Positions 27,459 to 36,726 of a stretch of DNA of 63,812 nt are shown here, piece by piece. Below the pieces are notes generated by a model, which was not told the DNA's origin, did not search any database, and saw only the letters and a program-made list of their open reading frames with translations. The DNA is taken from contig UQUH01000004.1 in NCBI GenBank assembly GCA_900544245.1, positions 1 through 63,812 of the forward strand, read 5' to 3'. Each line of letters begins with the position of its first letter. Position 1 is the stretch's first letter. The stretch is from an uncultured Coriobacteriaceae bacterium (lineage in GTDB: Bacteria; Actinomycetota; Coriobacteriia; Coriobacteriales; QAMH01). Position numbers and translations under genes: made by a program.

Positions 27459-27624
27459 AAGCTAACCTCGTTTACGCTTCGTTTCGCGTGCATGTGGGGA
27501 AATACTTTAGCGTAAGGCCGCAACATGCTCAAAAGCCATCACATTCCCTACATATCCCCTTCACAACTGCAAAATCGATGTTCGCGAACAATCGCGTCCC
27601 ATCAGACGAGCATTCGTATGCAAA

Positions 27625-27655
27625 ATGAGACAGCTGCTCTGAGCAACTGTCTCAT
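27625..27655. repeat. Family B hairpin element
   Basis: atgagacagctgctctgagcaactgtctcat, flanked by caaa / ttta (bidirectional terminator-like). Confidence 0.85.
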
Positions 27656-27660
27656 TTTAT

Positions 27661-27765
27661 TTCGAGCGAAGAAAGCGAGTCGAGAAATCTCGCCCCTCAT
27701 GTTCCACTGGATGTAACGGAGGAGATTTCTCCACTACGACGCTGCGCGCCTCCGGTCGAAATGAG
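27661..27765. repeat. Two family C repeat copies in inverted orientation
   Basis: ttcgagcgaagaaagcgagtcgagaaatctcg (27661-27692) and gagatttctccactacgacgctgcgcgcctccggtcgaaatgagg (27722-27765). Confidence 0.65.
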
Positions 27766-27787
27766 GCGGCGCGCAGTCGCGCAGACG

Positions 27788-28867
27788 TTACTTGTTGTTA
27801 GCCTCGAATTCGTGCATGAAGTCGACGAGCGCCTGGACGCCTTCGATGGGCATGGCGTTGTAGATGCTCGCACGCATGCCGCCTACGCTGCGATGACCCT
27901 TGATGTTGGCCAGACCAGCGGCGGTCGCCTCGGCGATAAACTTCTTGTCGAGGTCTTCATCGCCCGTGATGAACGGGACGTTCATGATGGAGCGGTCCTT
28001 GGGATTGACCGTACTCGAGAACATGTCGCTCGAATCGAGGCAATCGTAAAGAAGCTTGGCCTTGGCCTCGTTGCGCTTCTTCATCTCCTCGAGACCGCCC
28101 AACCCCAAAATCCACTTGAAGACGAGCCCGCAGATATAGATGCCGTAGCTCGGCGGGGTGTTGTAGAGGCTACCGCTATCCGCATGCGTCTTGAAGCGCA
28201 GCATGGTGGGCACGCCGGGAAGGTCTTCCGGAATGAGGTCCTCGCGCACGATGACGATCTGGACGCCGGCCGGGCCGCAGTTCTTCTGCACACCGGCATG
28301 GATGAGGCCGTACTTGCTCACGTCGACCGGCTCGGAGAGGAACATCGAGCTCTGATCGGACACGAGCACGTGACCCTTGGTGTTGGGCAGCGTGTAGATG
28401 CGATTGCCATACACGGTCTCGTTCTCGCAGATGTAGACGAAGGAGGTGTCATCGCGAATGTCGAGGTCGGAGAGATCGGGAATCCACGAGAAGTTATCGC
28501 CCTCGCCGTTGACGAGCAGCTTGGGATCGCCCAGGGTCTGGGCCTCCTTGTAAGCCTTCTTGGACCAGCCGCCCGTGACGATGTAATCGGCCTTGCCATT
28601 GGTGGCGAGGTTCATGAACACCGACGCGAAGAGCAGCGAATCGCCGCCCTGCAGGAAAAGCACCTTGTAGTTGTCCGGAATGGACAGCAGCTTGCGCAGA
28701 TCGGCCTCGGCCTCGGTGATGATCTTCGTGAAGGCCGCCGAACGATGACTCATCTCCATGACGGACATGCCGGTGCCCTCGTAATCGAGCATCTCGCTCG
28801 CCGCCTGCTTCAGGACCTCCTCGGGGAGTACCGCCGGACCGGCGGAGAAGTTGTACACGCGTGCCAT
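27788..28867 (-). CDS. serC: Phosphoserine aminotransferase
   Basis: 359-aa ORF starting MARVYNFSAGPAVLPEEVLKQA, with the canonical SerC N-terminus and the PLP-lysine region (GVQKNCGPAG). Confidence 0.92.
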   Translation of the reverse strand: MARVYNFSAGPAVLPEEVLKQAASEMLDYEGTGMSVMEMSHRSAAFTKIITEAEADLRKLLSIPDNYKVLFLQGGDSLLFASVFMNLATNGKADYIVTGGWSKKAYKEAQTLGDPKLLVNGEGDNFSWIPDLSDLDIRDDTSFVYICENETVYGNRIYTLPNTKGHVLVSDQSSMFLSEPVDVSKYGLIHAGVQKNCGPAGVQIVIVREDLIPEDLPGVPTMLRFKTHADSGSLYNTPPSYGIYICGLVFKWILGLGGLEEMKKRNEAKAKLLYDCLDSSDMFSSTVNPKDRSIMNVPFITGDEDLDKKFIAEATAAGLANIKGHRSVGGMRASIYNAMPIEGVQALVDFMHEFEANNK

Positions 28868-28972
28868 GACTTGACGTTCCTTTCATCCCGCTGCAAGTAA
28901 TAATCTGCACATACTAGCACTTAGACGATTGCGAAAATGTGCAAAACCCGAGAGTGGACGATGTGACATGAA

Positions 28973-29001
28973 AGAGGGGCCAGGCAGTGCCCGGCCCCTC
29001 T
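28973..29001 (-). terminator. GC-rich hairpin 3' of hpf
   Basis: agaggggcc (28973-28981) is complementary to ggcccctct (28993-29001). On the - strand the stem is followed by TTT. The U-run is short, hence moderate confidence. Confidence 0.45.
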
Positions 29002-29030
29002 TGCTGGAAAGCGATGACGCGTCGCGATTC

Positions 29031-29606
29031 CTAGGCGTTGATGATTGGCCTGATGATGCCGTAGCCACCGTTCTTGCGATGGTAGATGACCTGAATCTGG
29101 TGTGCGTCTTGGTCGAAGTAGACGAAGAAGTCATGGCCGAGCAGGTCGGTCTGCACGAGTGCGTGCTCCTCGGTCATCGGCTCCATCTCGACTTCCTTGA
29201 GGCGCACGAGCAAATCGTCATCTTCCTCGGGCTCGGTCGGGATGACATCGGGGATATCGAGCTCGTCGGGCTGCAGGTGACGAATGCTGCCCCTACCGCC
29301 ACGACGCTCCACGATCCTCGTCTTGTACTTGCGCAGCTGGCGGGCGACCTTGTCGCTTGCCAGGTCGATGGCCGCGTACATGTCCTCCGCGGACTCGGCC
29401 ACGCGAATGACGGCGCCCTTGGCGTTGACCGTGACCTCGCAAATCGCGTTAAGCGAAATCGCGGGGTTCTTCTCGGTGCGCAGCACGACTTCCGCGTCCA
29501 TGGCCGCGCTGTCAAAGACCTCGAGCGCACGGCCAATCTTCTCGTCGACGTAATCCTTGATAGCGGGAGTGACGTTCATCTTTCGTCCCGAAACTGTGAT
29601 AGCCAT
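29031..29606 (-). CDS. hpf: Ribosome hibernation promoting factor (long HPF)
   Basis: 191-aa ORF starting MAITVSGRKMNVTPAIKDYVDEKIGRAL, plus the C-terminal dimerisation domain (FFVYFDQDAHQIQVIYHRKNGGYGII). Confidence 0.9.
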   Translation of the reverse strand: MAITVSGRKMNVTPAIKDYVDEKIGRALEVFDSAAMDAEVVLRTEKNPAISLNAICEVTVNAKGAVIRVAESAEDMYAAIDLASDKVARQLRKYKTRIVERRGGRGSIRHLQPDELDIPDVIPTEPEEDDDLLVRLKEVEMEPMTEEHALVQTDLLGHDFFVYFDQDAHQIQVIYHRKNGGYGIIRPIINA

Positions 29607-29639
29607 CGTAAACCTCCTTGATCGTGTTTCTGTCTCGTT

Positions 29640-30641
29640 CTACTCGTCGCCGGATTGCTGACTCGCATCCTCCTCACCTGAGCCGTCCGGCGTGTCGGTA
29701 TTCGGTTCGTTCGGGTTTTCCTGGCCGGCGGAACCGACGGCGCCAAACGCCTTTGCCGGCAGCGTCGCCAGGTCGGTCTTGCCCGCGAGCAGCGTCTCGC
29801 CATCGGAACCAAGCCACTTGGTCGCGATGACGCGCATGACGCCGTTCTCGTTGATCGTCTTGATGGCCGCGTTGACACCACTCGACAGTGCCGAGTTTTG
29901 CGTGAGGGACACGGCGTAGATGGGCGTGACGCAATCAGCCCCGAGGAAACCCATGCGAATGACGTTCTCGTAATTGCGCGCGAAATAGTCGCCGATGACG
30001 GCATCGGTCACGAGGAACTTCTGTTCGCCGTCGTTGAGTGCATCGAATGCGTCCTGCATGGTGGGCATGGCAACGACCTTGTCGATGCCGAGAAGCTCCT
30101 GCACCCTGCTCGCCGCGGTGGTGTCGGCCTGGACGAGGATCTTGGCGGTGCCCGCGTTTGCCTGCGCCGCGACGTCCTCGATGGAGACGGGCTTGTTGGT
30201 GCTCAGGCAGAACAACGAGAGGCCATCCGTGAGGTAGGAATCGCTATAGGAGACGAGGTCGCCGATGCCGGACTTGGTGAGCCCGAGCGCAACGTCGATT
30301 TTCTTGTTGCTGAGGGCAAAGCGACCGCTCGACCCCACGTCGACGATCTGCATGCGCAAGCCAAGCTCCTGGGCGATGGCCGCGGCGACGTCAACGTCGA
30401 TGCCCACCGTCTGGTTGCTCGCGTTGGTGCCGCCGTATGGCGAGTTGTTCGCGTTGATGCCAACGGTCAGAACGCCCTCGTTGATGGTCGCCGAAGCGTC
30501 CAGCTTGGGAGTCAGGTTGCTTTCGACCTGCGTGTTTGTCTGGAGCTGACACGCAGACAGCCCGACAACGGCAAGCATGCAGACGGCAAGCGCCATGACG
30601 ATTGCGGATATTCCCTTGTGAGTGATTTGCTTTGCGAACAT
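29640..30641 (-). CDS. Amino-acid ABC transporter substrate-binding lipoprotein (family 3 SBP)
   Basis: A 333-aa product from the ATG at 30639-30641 (MFAKQITHKGISAIVMALAVCMLAVVGLSAC, lipobox LSAC), with a PBPb-type core (GIDVDVAAAIAQELG). It has an acidic, low-complexity C-terminal tail. Confidence 0.8.
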   Translation of the reverse strand: MFAKQITHKGISAIVMALAVCMLAVVGLSACQLQTNTQVESNLTPKLDASATINEGVLTVGINANNSPYGGTNASNQTVGIDVDVAAAIAQELGLRMQIVDVGSSGRFALSNKKIDVALGLTKSGIGDLVSYSDSYLTDGLSLFCLSTNKPVSIEDVAAQANAGTAKILVQADTTAASRVQELLGIDKVVAMPTMQDAFDALNDGEQKFLVTDAVIGDYFARNYENVIRMGFLGADCVTPIYAVSLTQNSALSSGVNAAIKTINENGVMRVIATKWLGSDGETLLAGKTDLATLPAKAFGAVGSAGQENPNEPNTDTPDGSGEEDASQQSGDE

Positions 30642-30954
30642 CTTGCTCCGTTTGTCATGGGCCAGTGGAAGCGCTCCCCCCAACTGACCTGGTTTTTGAC
30701 CCCACACTCGCATACAGAAACTTTTGCCTGATACTATCTCACTACTCATTTTCTCGCCCGGGCCACCGTATGTGACCTTAACGGACGGTACGTCTTACCC
30801 CTAAGATGCGCCATGCTCACGTCCAGGAGACCCTGTCCGCTTACGTGGATCCTTTCGACCGCATCTGCCTTGGACTAGAGCCGTTTTAGCGGCTCGCAAC
30901 CACAGACTTGGGAGGAGCGTTTCTAGTGTATCACGCAGCAGATAATCGCGTGCG

Positions 30955-33156
30955 CTAGATTCTCCGCAAAACAAAACAATGATGTACCTTGGCGTTTCGT
31001 TCGAAGTCCGTCGGTATCGTCTTGTCGGTGATGTCCACGACCTGCACGCCCGCGCGCTCGATCGCCTCGGCGTCGAGCGTGAATCCACGCAGATTACACG
31101 AGAAGACCGCAGCTCCCCCACGGGTCAGAAGCCGACTCACGTCGATGAGAAGCTCGGCATGGTCACGCTGCACGTCCCAGCCCCGCTTGCGCATCTTCGC
31201 CGAATTCGAGAAAGTGGGCGGATCGACGAAGATGAGATCCCAGCGCATCTTGGAGTGACGCATCTGGTCGACCCACTCGACGCAATCCGCGCGGACGAAC
31301 TCCTGGTGGCCATTCATGAGACCGTTGAGCTCCATGTTTCGCTCGCCCCATCGCAAGTACGTATTCGAGAGATCGACGCTCGTCGTGAGCTTCGCCCCGT
31401 GGGCAGCCGCATAGACGCTCGCCGTACAGGTGTACGCGAAGAGATTGAGAAAGCTCTTGCCCTTCGCAAGTTTGCCGACAAGTTCGCGCGTGTCGCGATG
31501 GTCGAGGAACAATCCCGTGTCGAGGTAGCTCGCGAGGTCGACCTCGAAGAGCAGGCCGTTTTCCTGCGTGATGAGACAGCTGCTCAGAGACGTTGTCTCA
31601 TCACGCAGGTCGCGTGCGTACTGCGAGCCGCCCTTGGAGCGGACGCGGCGCTTCACGAAGACATCGGTGGCGGGCACATCGAACACGGCGCTCGCGATGT
31701 TGAGAGCGTCGGTCATGCGACGGGCGGCCTTGTCCGCATCGATGCTCTTGGGGGGCGCGTATTCGGCGACATGCACGAGGCGCCTGCCCGCATCCTTCCC
31801 CGCACCCTCATAGAGGTCGATTGCCATGTTGTAATCAGGCAAATCGGCATCGTAGACGCGATAGGCCGAGACGTTTTCCCTCTTTGCCCACTTGCGGCGC
31901 AGCTTGAAGACCTTGTTGAGACGATCGGCGAATTGCTGCGCAGTGGCATCGTAGACGAAAAGCTCCCTGTCCCGCACCGTCACCCGCGCACGCCGCTCTT
32001 CGTCAGACGTCAGGTCGAAGAGCGCGATATCGCAGCTCGCGGAACCGTTCATACAGGCATAACCCCGCGTGCGCTCCATGCCCAGATAGGCGTCTGCATC
32101 CGGCCCCTCTGTGAGCATGACAGCGGTATCGAGAACCCCGGAGGCGAGCAAGTAGGCTGCGAGCTGCGCGTACCATGCGGGGCGCATCGATTCGGGAAGT
32201 TCCGCGCCATCGAGCAAGCAGCTCGCGAACAGGGCGTGACCCGTGGTGCGTCGGGAAAGCTCCTCGTCCATGACCTCCCGGTCGGCATAAAAACCGATGA
32301 GCGGGATGACGGCGGCCGCCTTGGCGCGCGCTCGCGCGCATGCTAGCTCGCGCTCACATTCGTCACCTGCGTATATCACGCGACTTCGCGAGCCCTCCTG
32401 CGCACGTGTGTCAGCCATATCGAGCACCTCTTGCCACAGCGCCTCGTCATGGCCCGACCATCCTGCAAATCCCCAGTTCGAGCGCGTGATACCAGGTGCT
32501 ATGTCGGCAGCTATCATGGCCGCTTCGATGACGAGCGTGCCGGATGCGCACATGCTATCGACGAGCACGTCACCCCGACGCGCGCGCCCAGGCCAGTCCG
32601 CCGCAAGGAGCATGGCGGCGGCAAGCGTCTCGTGCACGGGAGAGGAGGTGCTGCGCGCCGCATCGCGATAACCGCGGTTTTCGAGAGAGCCACCCGACAA
32701 ATCGATGTAAACGGTCGCACGTCGTGAGCGGAGGTTCACCTGAACGCGCAGGTCGGGATGCTGCGCGTCGACGTCGGGACGCTCGCCGCGCAGGTCGCGC
32801 AGGCGATCGCAGATGGCGTCCTTCGCGCGCAGCGCCGTGTAGCGCGTATCTCGAAGCTGGTCGTTGGTTCCACGCGCCGAAACGGCAATCGTGGCGCCTG
32901 CGATGATGTGGTCTTCCCAGGGTATCGCACGCACGCCGGCGTAGAGGCTATCGGAGTCCGTCGCGTCCACGCGCCCGACGATGAGTAGGACGCGGCTCGC
33001 GACGCGAGACCACAGCAAGGCGGCATAGACCTGCTCCAAGCCGGCCTTGAACGCAACGCCACCGGTCAGGGGGCGTACCTCCTGCATGCCAAGATCACGC
33101 AGCTCCTGCCCGAGAATCGCCTCGAGCCCGGTGCCGCATGTCGCGAAAAGCTCCAT
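30955..33156 (-). CDS. rlmL: Bifunctional 23S rRNA methyltransferase RlmKL (THUMP + two SAM-MTase domains)
   Basis: 733-aa ORF with an N-terminal THUMP/RlmL region and a C-terminal RlmK region (DLASYLDTGLFLDHR, NLFAYTC, FVDPPTFS). It contains an in-frame hairpin-element insertion at 31571-31601. Confidence 0.88.
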   Translation of the reverse strand: MELFATCGTGLEAILGQELRDLGMQEVRPLTGGVAFKAGLEQVYAALLWSRVASRVLLIVGRVDATDSDSLYAGVRAIPWEDHIIAGATIAVSARGTNDQLRDTRYTALRAKDAICDRLRDLRGERPDVDAQHPDLRVQVNLRSRRATVYIDLSGGSLENRGYRDAARSTSSPVHETLAAAMLLAADWPGRARRGDVLVDSMCASGTLVIEAAMIAADIAPGITRSNWGFAGWSGHDEALWQEVLDMADTRAQEGSRSRVIYAGDECERELACARARAKAAAVIPLIGFYADREVMDEELSRRTTGHALFASCLLDGAELPESMRPAWYAQLAAYLLASGVLDTAVMLTEGPDADAYLGMERTRGYACMNGSASCDIALFDLTSDEERRARVTVRDRELFVYDATAQQFADRLNKVFKLRRKWAKRENVSAYRVYDADLPDYNMAIDLYEGAGKDAGRRLVHVAEYAPPKSIDADKAARRMTDALNIASAVFDVPATDVFVKRRVRSKGGSQYARDLRDETTSLSSCLITQENGLLFEVDLASYLDTGLFLDHRDTRELVGKLAKGKSFLNLFAYTCTASVYAAAHGAKLTTSVDLSNTYLRWGERNMELNGLMNGHQEFVRADCVEWVDQMRHSKMRWDLIFVDPPTFSNSAKMRKRGWDVQRDHAELLIDVSRLLTRGGAAVFSCNLRGFTLDAEAIERAGVQVVDITDKTIPTDFERNAKVHHCFVLRRI
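31571..31601. repeat. Family B hairpin element embedded in frame inside rlmKL
   Basis: atgagacagctgctcagagacgttgtctcat. The palindrome extends outward (cctgcgtg 31563-31570 / cacgcagg 31602-31609). It is translated as ...DETTSLSSCLIT... in the inter-domain linker. Confidence 0.85.
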
Positions 33157-33171
33157 GGTGCGTTGCCTTCG

Positions 33172-34224
33172 CTAGTTCTTCGAGAAGAAGCCATCGATGG
33201 GAGGCGGTCCGCCCTGCGTGCGACCGGGAGGTTCCGGACCATCGTCGTCATCGAGATAGCCCGTGCCAAAGAAGTCGTCGAAGCGCTCGCATCGGTCGTT
33301 GAACCCGTCGGCAAGCGCCCAGTCCAGGCCGTAGTCGGCGCATGTCTGCTCGTCCTCGTAGAGCAACGCGAGCGCCTGGATGCTCATCTCCTCCCCACCG
33401 ACGGCCTGAAGGAGCTCATAGAGCTGATAGGCCGTTTCCGTCATGGGAATGGTTACCTCGAACTCCTCGGCGGCATCAAGCGCCACATCGAGCATATCGA
33501 GAAACGTCGCAATGTTGATCCGGCCCGTGTAGTCGTGCCCGAGCACGCGCGGGATGTAATCGATGAGCGCGCGGGAGCCACCCGAGGTCGACGCGAGCAC
33601 GTTGAGCGCGTTCTTCTCGGGAAAGCCCGCGATATGCGCAAGGGACATCGCCTCGACAGTGCCCATGAGCGAACCGGCGAGCGCGATGATGCTGATCATG
33701 GCGGCAAACTGCCCATCGCCCGCCGCCTCCTGGGGCATGACGATGGGGGCGAAGAACGGAAACAGGGGCGAGAGCGTGCTTTGCGTCTGCGGATCGCCGC
33801 CCACGAAGACCACCGCCTGCTCGCCCTCTCCCACGCAGACGATGGGAGCATCGAGCACCTCGATGTCGGAGACGGCCGCGACGGCCTGTATCTCGCGGGC
33901 GAGACGTGGACTCGATACGCTCAGGTCGATGCAGAACGTACCCGGGTCCATGAGCTCGAGCAGACCCTCGTCGCCCAGGTACAGGTTCTCGACATCGGCC
34001 GAGGTATGCAGCGACGTGATGACGACCTGGCTCCCGAGCAGGGCTTCCATCCGATCGTCGATGAACGTCACGCCCGCATCGCGCAGAGCCGGGGCCTCAC
34101 GCGGATCATGACTTGCGACGACGACGTCGAATCCCGCGGTCTTGAGCTTGACGATCGCCTCGACGACGGCAGGCTGCGCCGCCCCGCCAAAAAACGCGAT
34201 ACGCGTGTCGAGCGGACTTATCAT
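33172..34224 (-). CDS. HIBADH/6-PGDH-like NAD(P)-binding-fold protein with degenerate dinucleotide motif
   Basis: 350-aa ORF whose overall pattern resembles 3-hydroxyisobutyrate dehydrogenase family proteins (LDAPI..., GGDP...). The GxGxxG position reads FFGGAAQP. It also has an acidic/Pro-rich C-terminal extension. Confidence 0.55.
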   Translation of the reverse strand: MISPLDTRIAFFGGAAQPAVVEAIVKLKTAGFDVVVASHDPREAPALRDAGVTFIDDRMEALLGSQVVITSLHTSADVENLYLGDEGLLELMDPGTFCIDLSVSSPRLAREIQAVAAVSDIEVLDAPIVCVGEGEQAVVFVGGDPQTQSTLSPLFPFFAPIVMPQEAAGDGQFAAMISIIALAGSLMGTVEAMSLAHIAGFPEKNALNVLASTSGGSRALIDYIPRVLGHDYTGRINIATFLDMLDVALDAAEEFEVTIPMTETAYQLYELLQAVGGEEMSIQALALLYEDEQTCADYGLDWALADGFNDRCERFDDFFGTGYLDDDDGPEPPGRTQGGPPPIDGFFSKN

Positions 34225-34227
34225 CGG

Positions 34228-35169
34228 CTACTCCCCACTGTTAATCTTGTTCGCGATGCGATCGGCGATGGAAATCTTCTCGCGGCGGTCGCTGCCCCAG
34301 AACACGACGGCGACCATGCCCGGTCCGACGTGCGAACCGATGACGGGGCCAATCTGGCAGCGGATGGCGGGAATGGCGCCCTCGGGACGATCGAGATGCT
34401 CCTCGACCCACTTGACGTCACCTTCCGCATCTGCGGAAGCCGTGAGCACGACGCCGTTTGACCCGTGGTCATCGGCATGGTTTTCGTCATAGCACTTCAC
34501 CAGCGCCTTGAGGGACTTCTTGCGACCACGGGCGACACCGGTGAGGGAAAGAGCGCCATCGAGGTCGAAGTCGAGCAGCGGCTTGATGTTGAGCTTGGCA
34601 CCGATGGTCGCCGCGGCCGCGGGAATGCGGCCACCGCGGCGCAGGTACTCGAGCTCGTCGACCGTGAACAGACAATTCACGAACCAGCGGGCCTCACGTG
34701 CCCATTCGGCGAGCTGCTTGGCCGTGAGCCCGCGATTGCGCTGGTTGATGGCCTCGTAAGCGAGCAGGCCCTCTGCGATCGAGGCGAGCTTGGTGTCGAT
34801 CGTATAGAGCTCGAAGTCGGGATACTGCGCCCTGATGTCCTCGGCGACCTGCTCGACGGTGCCATAGGTACCCGAAAGCGCGGAGGAAAACCCGAGGTAG
34901 ACCGTCGGCGTACCGTCCTTCGCGTAGGATTCGAACCGCTCGATGAGCTCGGACACCGGAATCTGGGCAGTACCCGAGACCTCTCCCTTGCGCATGCGAT
35001 CGTAGAACTCCTTGGCGGTCATGCTCTTCCACATGTCGTCAAAATGCTCGCCGTCGTTCATATTGAACGGAAACTTGAGAAAGTCCACTTTGGCGTTCTC
35101 GAGCACCTCGAGGGGAAGGTCACAGCACGAGTCGAGAACGAGGCGGCACTGGATCCTGTCTTCTGGCAT
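34228..35169 (-). CDS. DegV family fatty-acid-binding protein
   Basis: 313-aa ORF with the DegV pattern (LVLDSCCDLP, GTAQIPVSELIERF, SSALSGTYG, GPVIGSHVGPG). Confidence 0.88.
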   Translation of the reverse strand: MPEDRIQCRLVLDSCCDLPLEVLENAKVDFLKFPFNMNDGEHFDDMWKSMTAKEFYDRMRKGEVSGTAQIPVSELIERFESYAKDGTPTVYLGFSSALSGTYGTVEQVAEDIRAQYPDFELYTIDTKLASIAEGLLAYEAINQRNRGLTAKQLAEWAREARWFVNCLFTVDELEYLRRGGRIPAAAATIGAKLNIKPLLDFDLDGALSLTGVARGRKKSLKALVKCYDENHADDHGSNGVVLTASADAEGDVKWVEEHLDRPEGAIPAIRCQIGPVIGSHVGPGMVAVVFWGSDRREKISIADRIANKINSGE

Positions 35170-35214
35170 CGATATCTCCTTTACGTTTGCGAGTGCGCGA
35201 TCGGCACCCGTCTC

Positions 35215-36675
35215 CTAATCATAGAGCGAATCTCGACCTCGTGTCGCGATCACGATCTCGTCACGCTTCTTGAAGAGGCCCCTCTCTATGCCGCACGGAT
35301 ACTCATGCGGGTTCATGAAGCGCTTGATCGAGTCATCCAGGCAGGCGAGCTGTTGGGTGCATCGCGCGCGGGCGGTGCGTGCGGAAAGATCGACATCCTC
35401 CAACTTGCCGGCCTTGACCAGGGGCTTGAGAAGCGTCTCGAACTCGCCTTCCATCTTCCTACGTCGCATCGCGTCGAGTGGGTCGACGATGACGGCATCG
35501 GCGGGCACGTCGTCGTTCACGTCGAATATGAGGTCCCCGACGAGCATGCCGTCCCCATTGCGATAGCGACGCACGTCGAGCACGCCGGGAATGGTGCGCT
35601 TGTAGAGTTGCTCGGATATCTTGAGGCGCGGCGTCCAATCCTCCTGACCCGGCTCGCGAATGGCCGAGAGCTTGTAGACGCCCCCGAGCGCTGGCTGCCC
35701 GTAGGCCGCGGCCAGATGCGTGCCCACGCCCAGGGCCGTGTACTGGGCACGCTGCTCGTTGAGCGACGTGATCGTGTATTCGTCAAGGTCATTGGAGAGC
35801 ACGATTCCCACATCGGAAAAACCCGCTTTGTCGAGCATCGAACGCGCCATCTTGGAAAGCCATGCGAGATCACCCGAATCTATGCGGATGCCCTGGAGTT
35901 TATGACCATCGCGCCCGAGCTCGCGAGCGACGATGATGGCGTTTTTCACGCCCTGCTCGACATCATAGGTGTCCACGAGCAGGGTGCAGTTGTCGGGCAT
36001 GGCCCGGGCATAGGCTCTGAAGGCGCTGAGCTCGTCGGGAAACGACATCACCCATGAATGGGCATGCGTACCGCTCACGGGAATATCGTAGAGCTTTCCC
36101 GCGAGCACGTTGGCAACCGACGCGCAACCGCCAACATAGGCGGCTCGCGATGACGAGAGGGCACCGTCAGGCCCCTGCGCGCGGCGCAGCCCGAACTCCG
36201 AGACGGGGCGCCCCTCGGCCGCCTGACATACGCGAGATGCCTTGGTCGCGATGAGCGTCTGGAAATTGACGCCGTTGAGAATGGCGGGCTCGAGAAGCTG
36301 GCATTGCAGCAAGGGACCCGTCACGCGCACGAGCGGTTCACGTGGAAACACGGGAGAGCCTTCGGGAACGGTGCAGATGTCGACGGAGAGCTCGATTCCG
36401 CGCAGCCATGCGAGAAACGCAGGATCAAACAACGGGGTCTTGCCGGGCGATTGCAGCGAGGCGAGGTACTCGATGTCGTCATCGGTGAAGCCAAAGCCAT
36501 CGACGAGCTCGGCTATCTGGTTGGCGCCGCAGAAGACGCCGTAACCTCCGCCAAAGGGATTATCGCGATAGAACGAGTAGAAGCACGCATCAGTATCGAT
36601 CTTGCCCTGCGACCAGTAGCTTTGGGCCATCGTGATCTCGTACAAATCGGTGAGCAACGTCATGTTGCGCGTCAT
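35215..36675 (-). CDS. pncB: Nicotinate phosphoribosyltransferase
   Basis: 486-aa ORF starting LLTDLYEITMAQSYW, with GTHAHSWV and RIDSGDL motifs. Confidence 0.9.
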   Translation of the reverse strand: MTRNMTLLTDLYEITMAQSYWSQGKIDTDACFYSFYRDNPFGGGYGVFCGANQIAELVDGFGFTDDDIEYLASLQSPGKTPLFDPAFLAWLRGIELSVDICTVPEGSPVFPREPLVRVTGPLLQCQLLEPAILNGVNFQTLIATKASRVCQAAEGRPVSEFGLRRAQGPDGALSSSRAAYVGGCASVANVLAGKLYDIPVSGTHAHSWVMSFPDELSAFRAYARAMPDNCTLLVDTYDVEQGVKNAIIVARELGRDGHKLQGIRIDSGDLAWLSKMARSMLDKAGFSDVGIVLSNDLDEYTITSLNEQRAQYTALGVGTHLAAAYGQPALGGVYKLSAIREPGQEDWTPRLKISEQLYKRTIPGVLDVRRYRNGDGMLVGDLIFDVNDDVPADAVIVDPLDAMRRRKMEGEFETLLKPLVKAGKLEDVDLSARTARARCTQQLACLDDSIKRFMNPHEYPCGIERGLFKKRDEIVIATRGRDSLYD

Positions 36676-36726
36676 GTGCCTCTCCTAGCCGGCATGCTCC
36701 GCACGGGGCGGATGCTTCTTCCTTGA

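Noticed and set aside
30750-30954. SRP (4.5S) RNA or guanidine-I (ykkC) riboswitch
   Set aside because: A short AAGGCAGATG match to E. coli 4.5S RNA, and loose resemblance to ykkC segments (CTAG..., GGTCGAAAGG, ACG..GGACAGGG), prompted the idea. The diagnostic SRP domain-IV motif (GGAAGCAGCC context) and the ykkC GGUCCGAGAG / ACACGG-GGGA motifs are not present. It is kept only as an unclassified structured leader.
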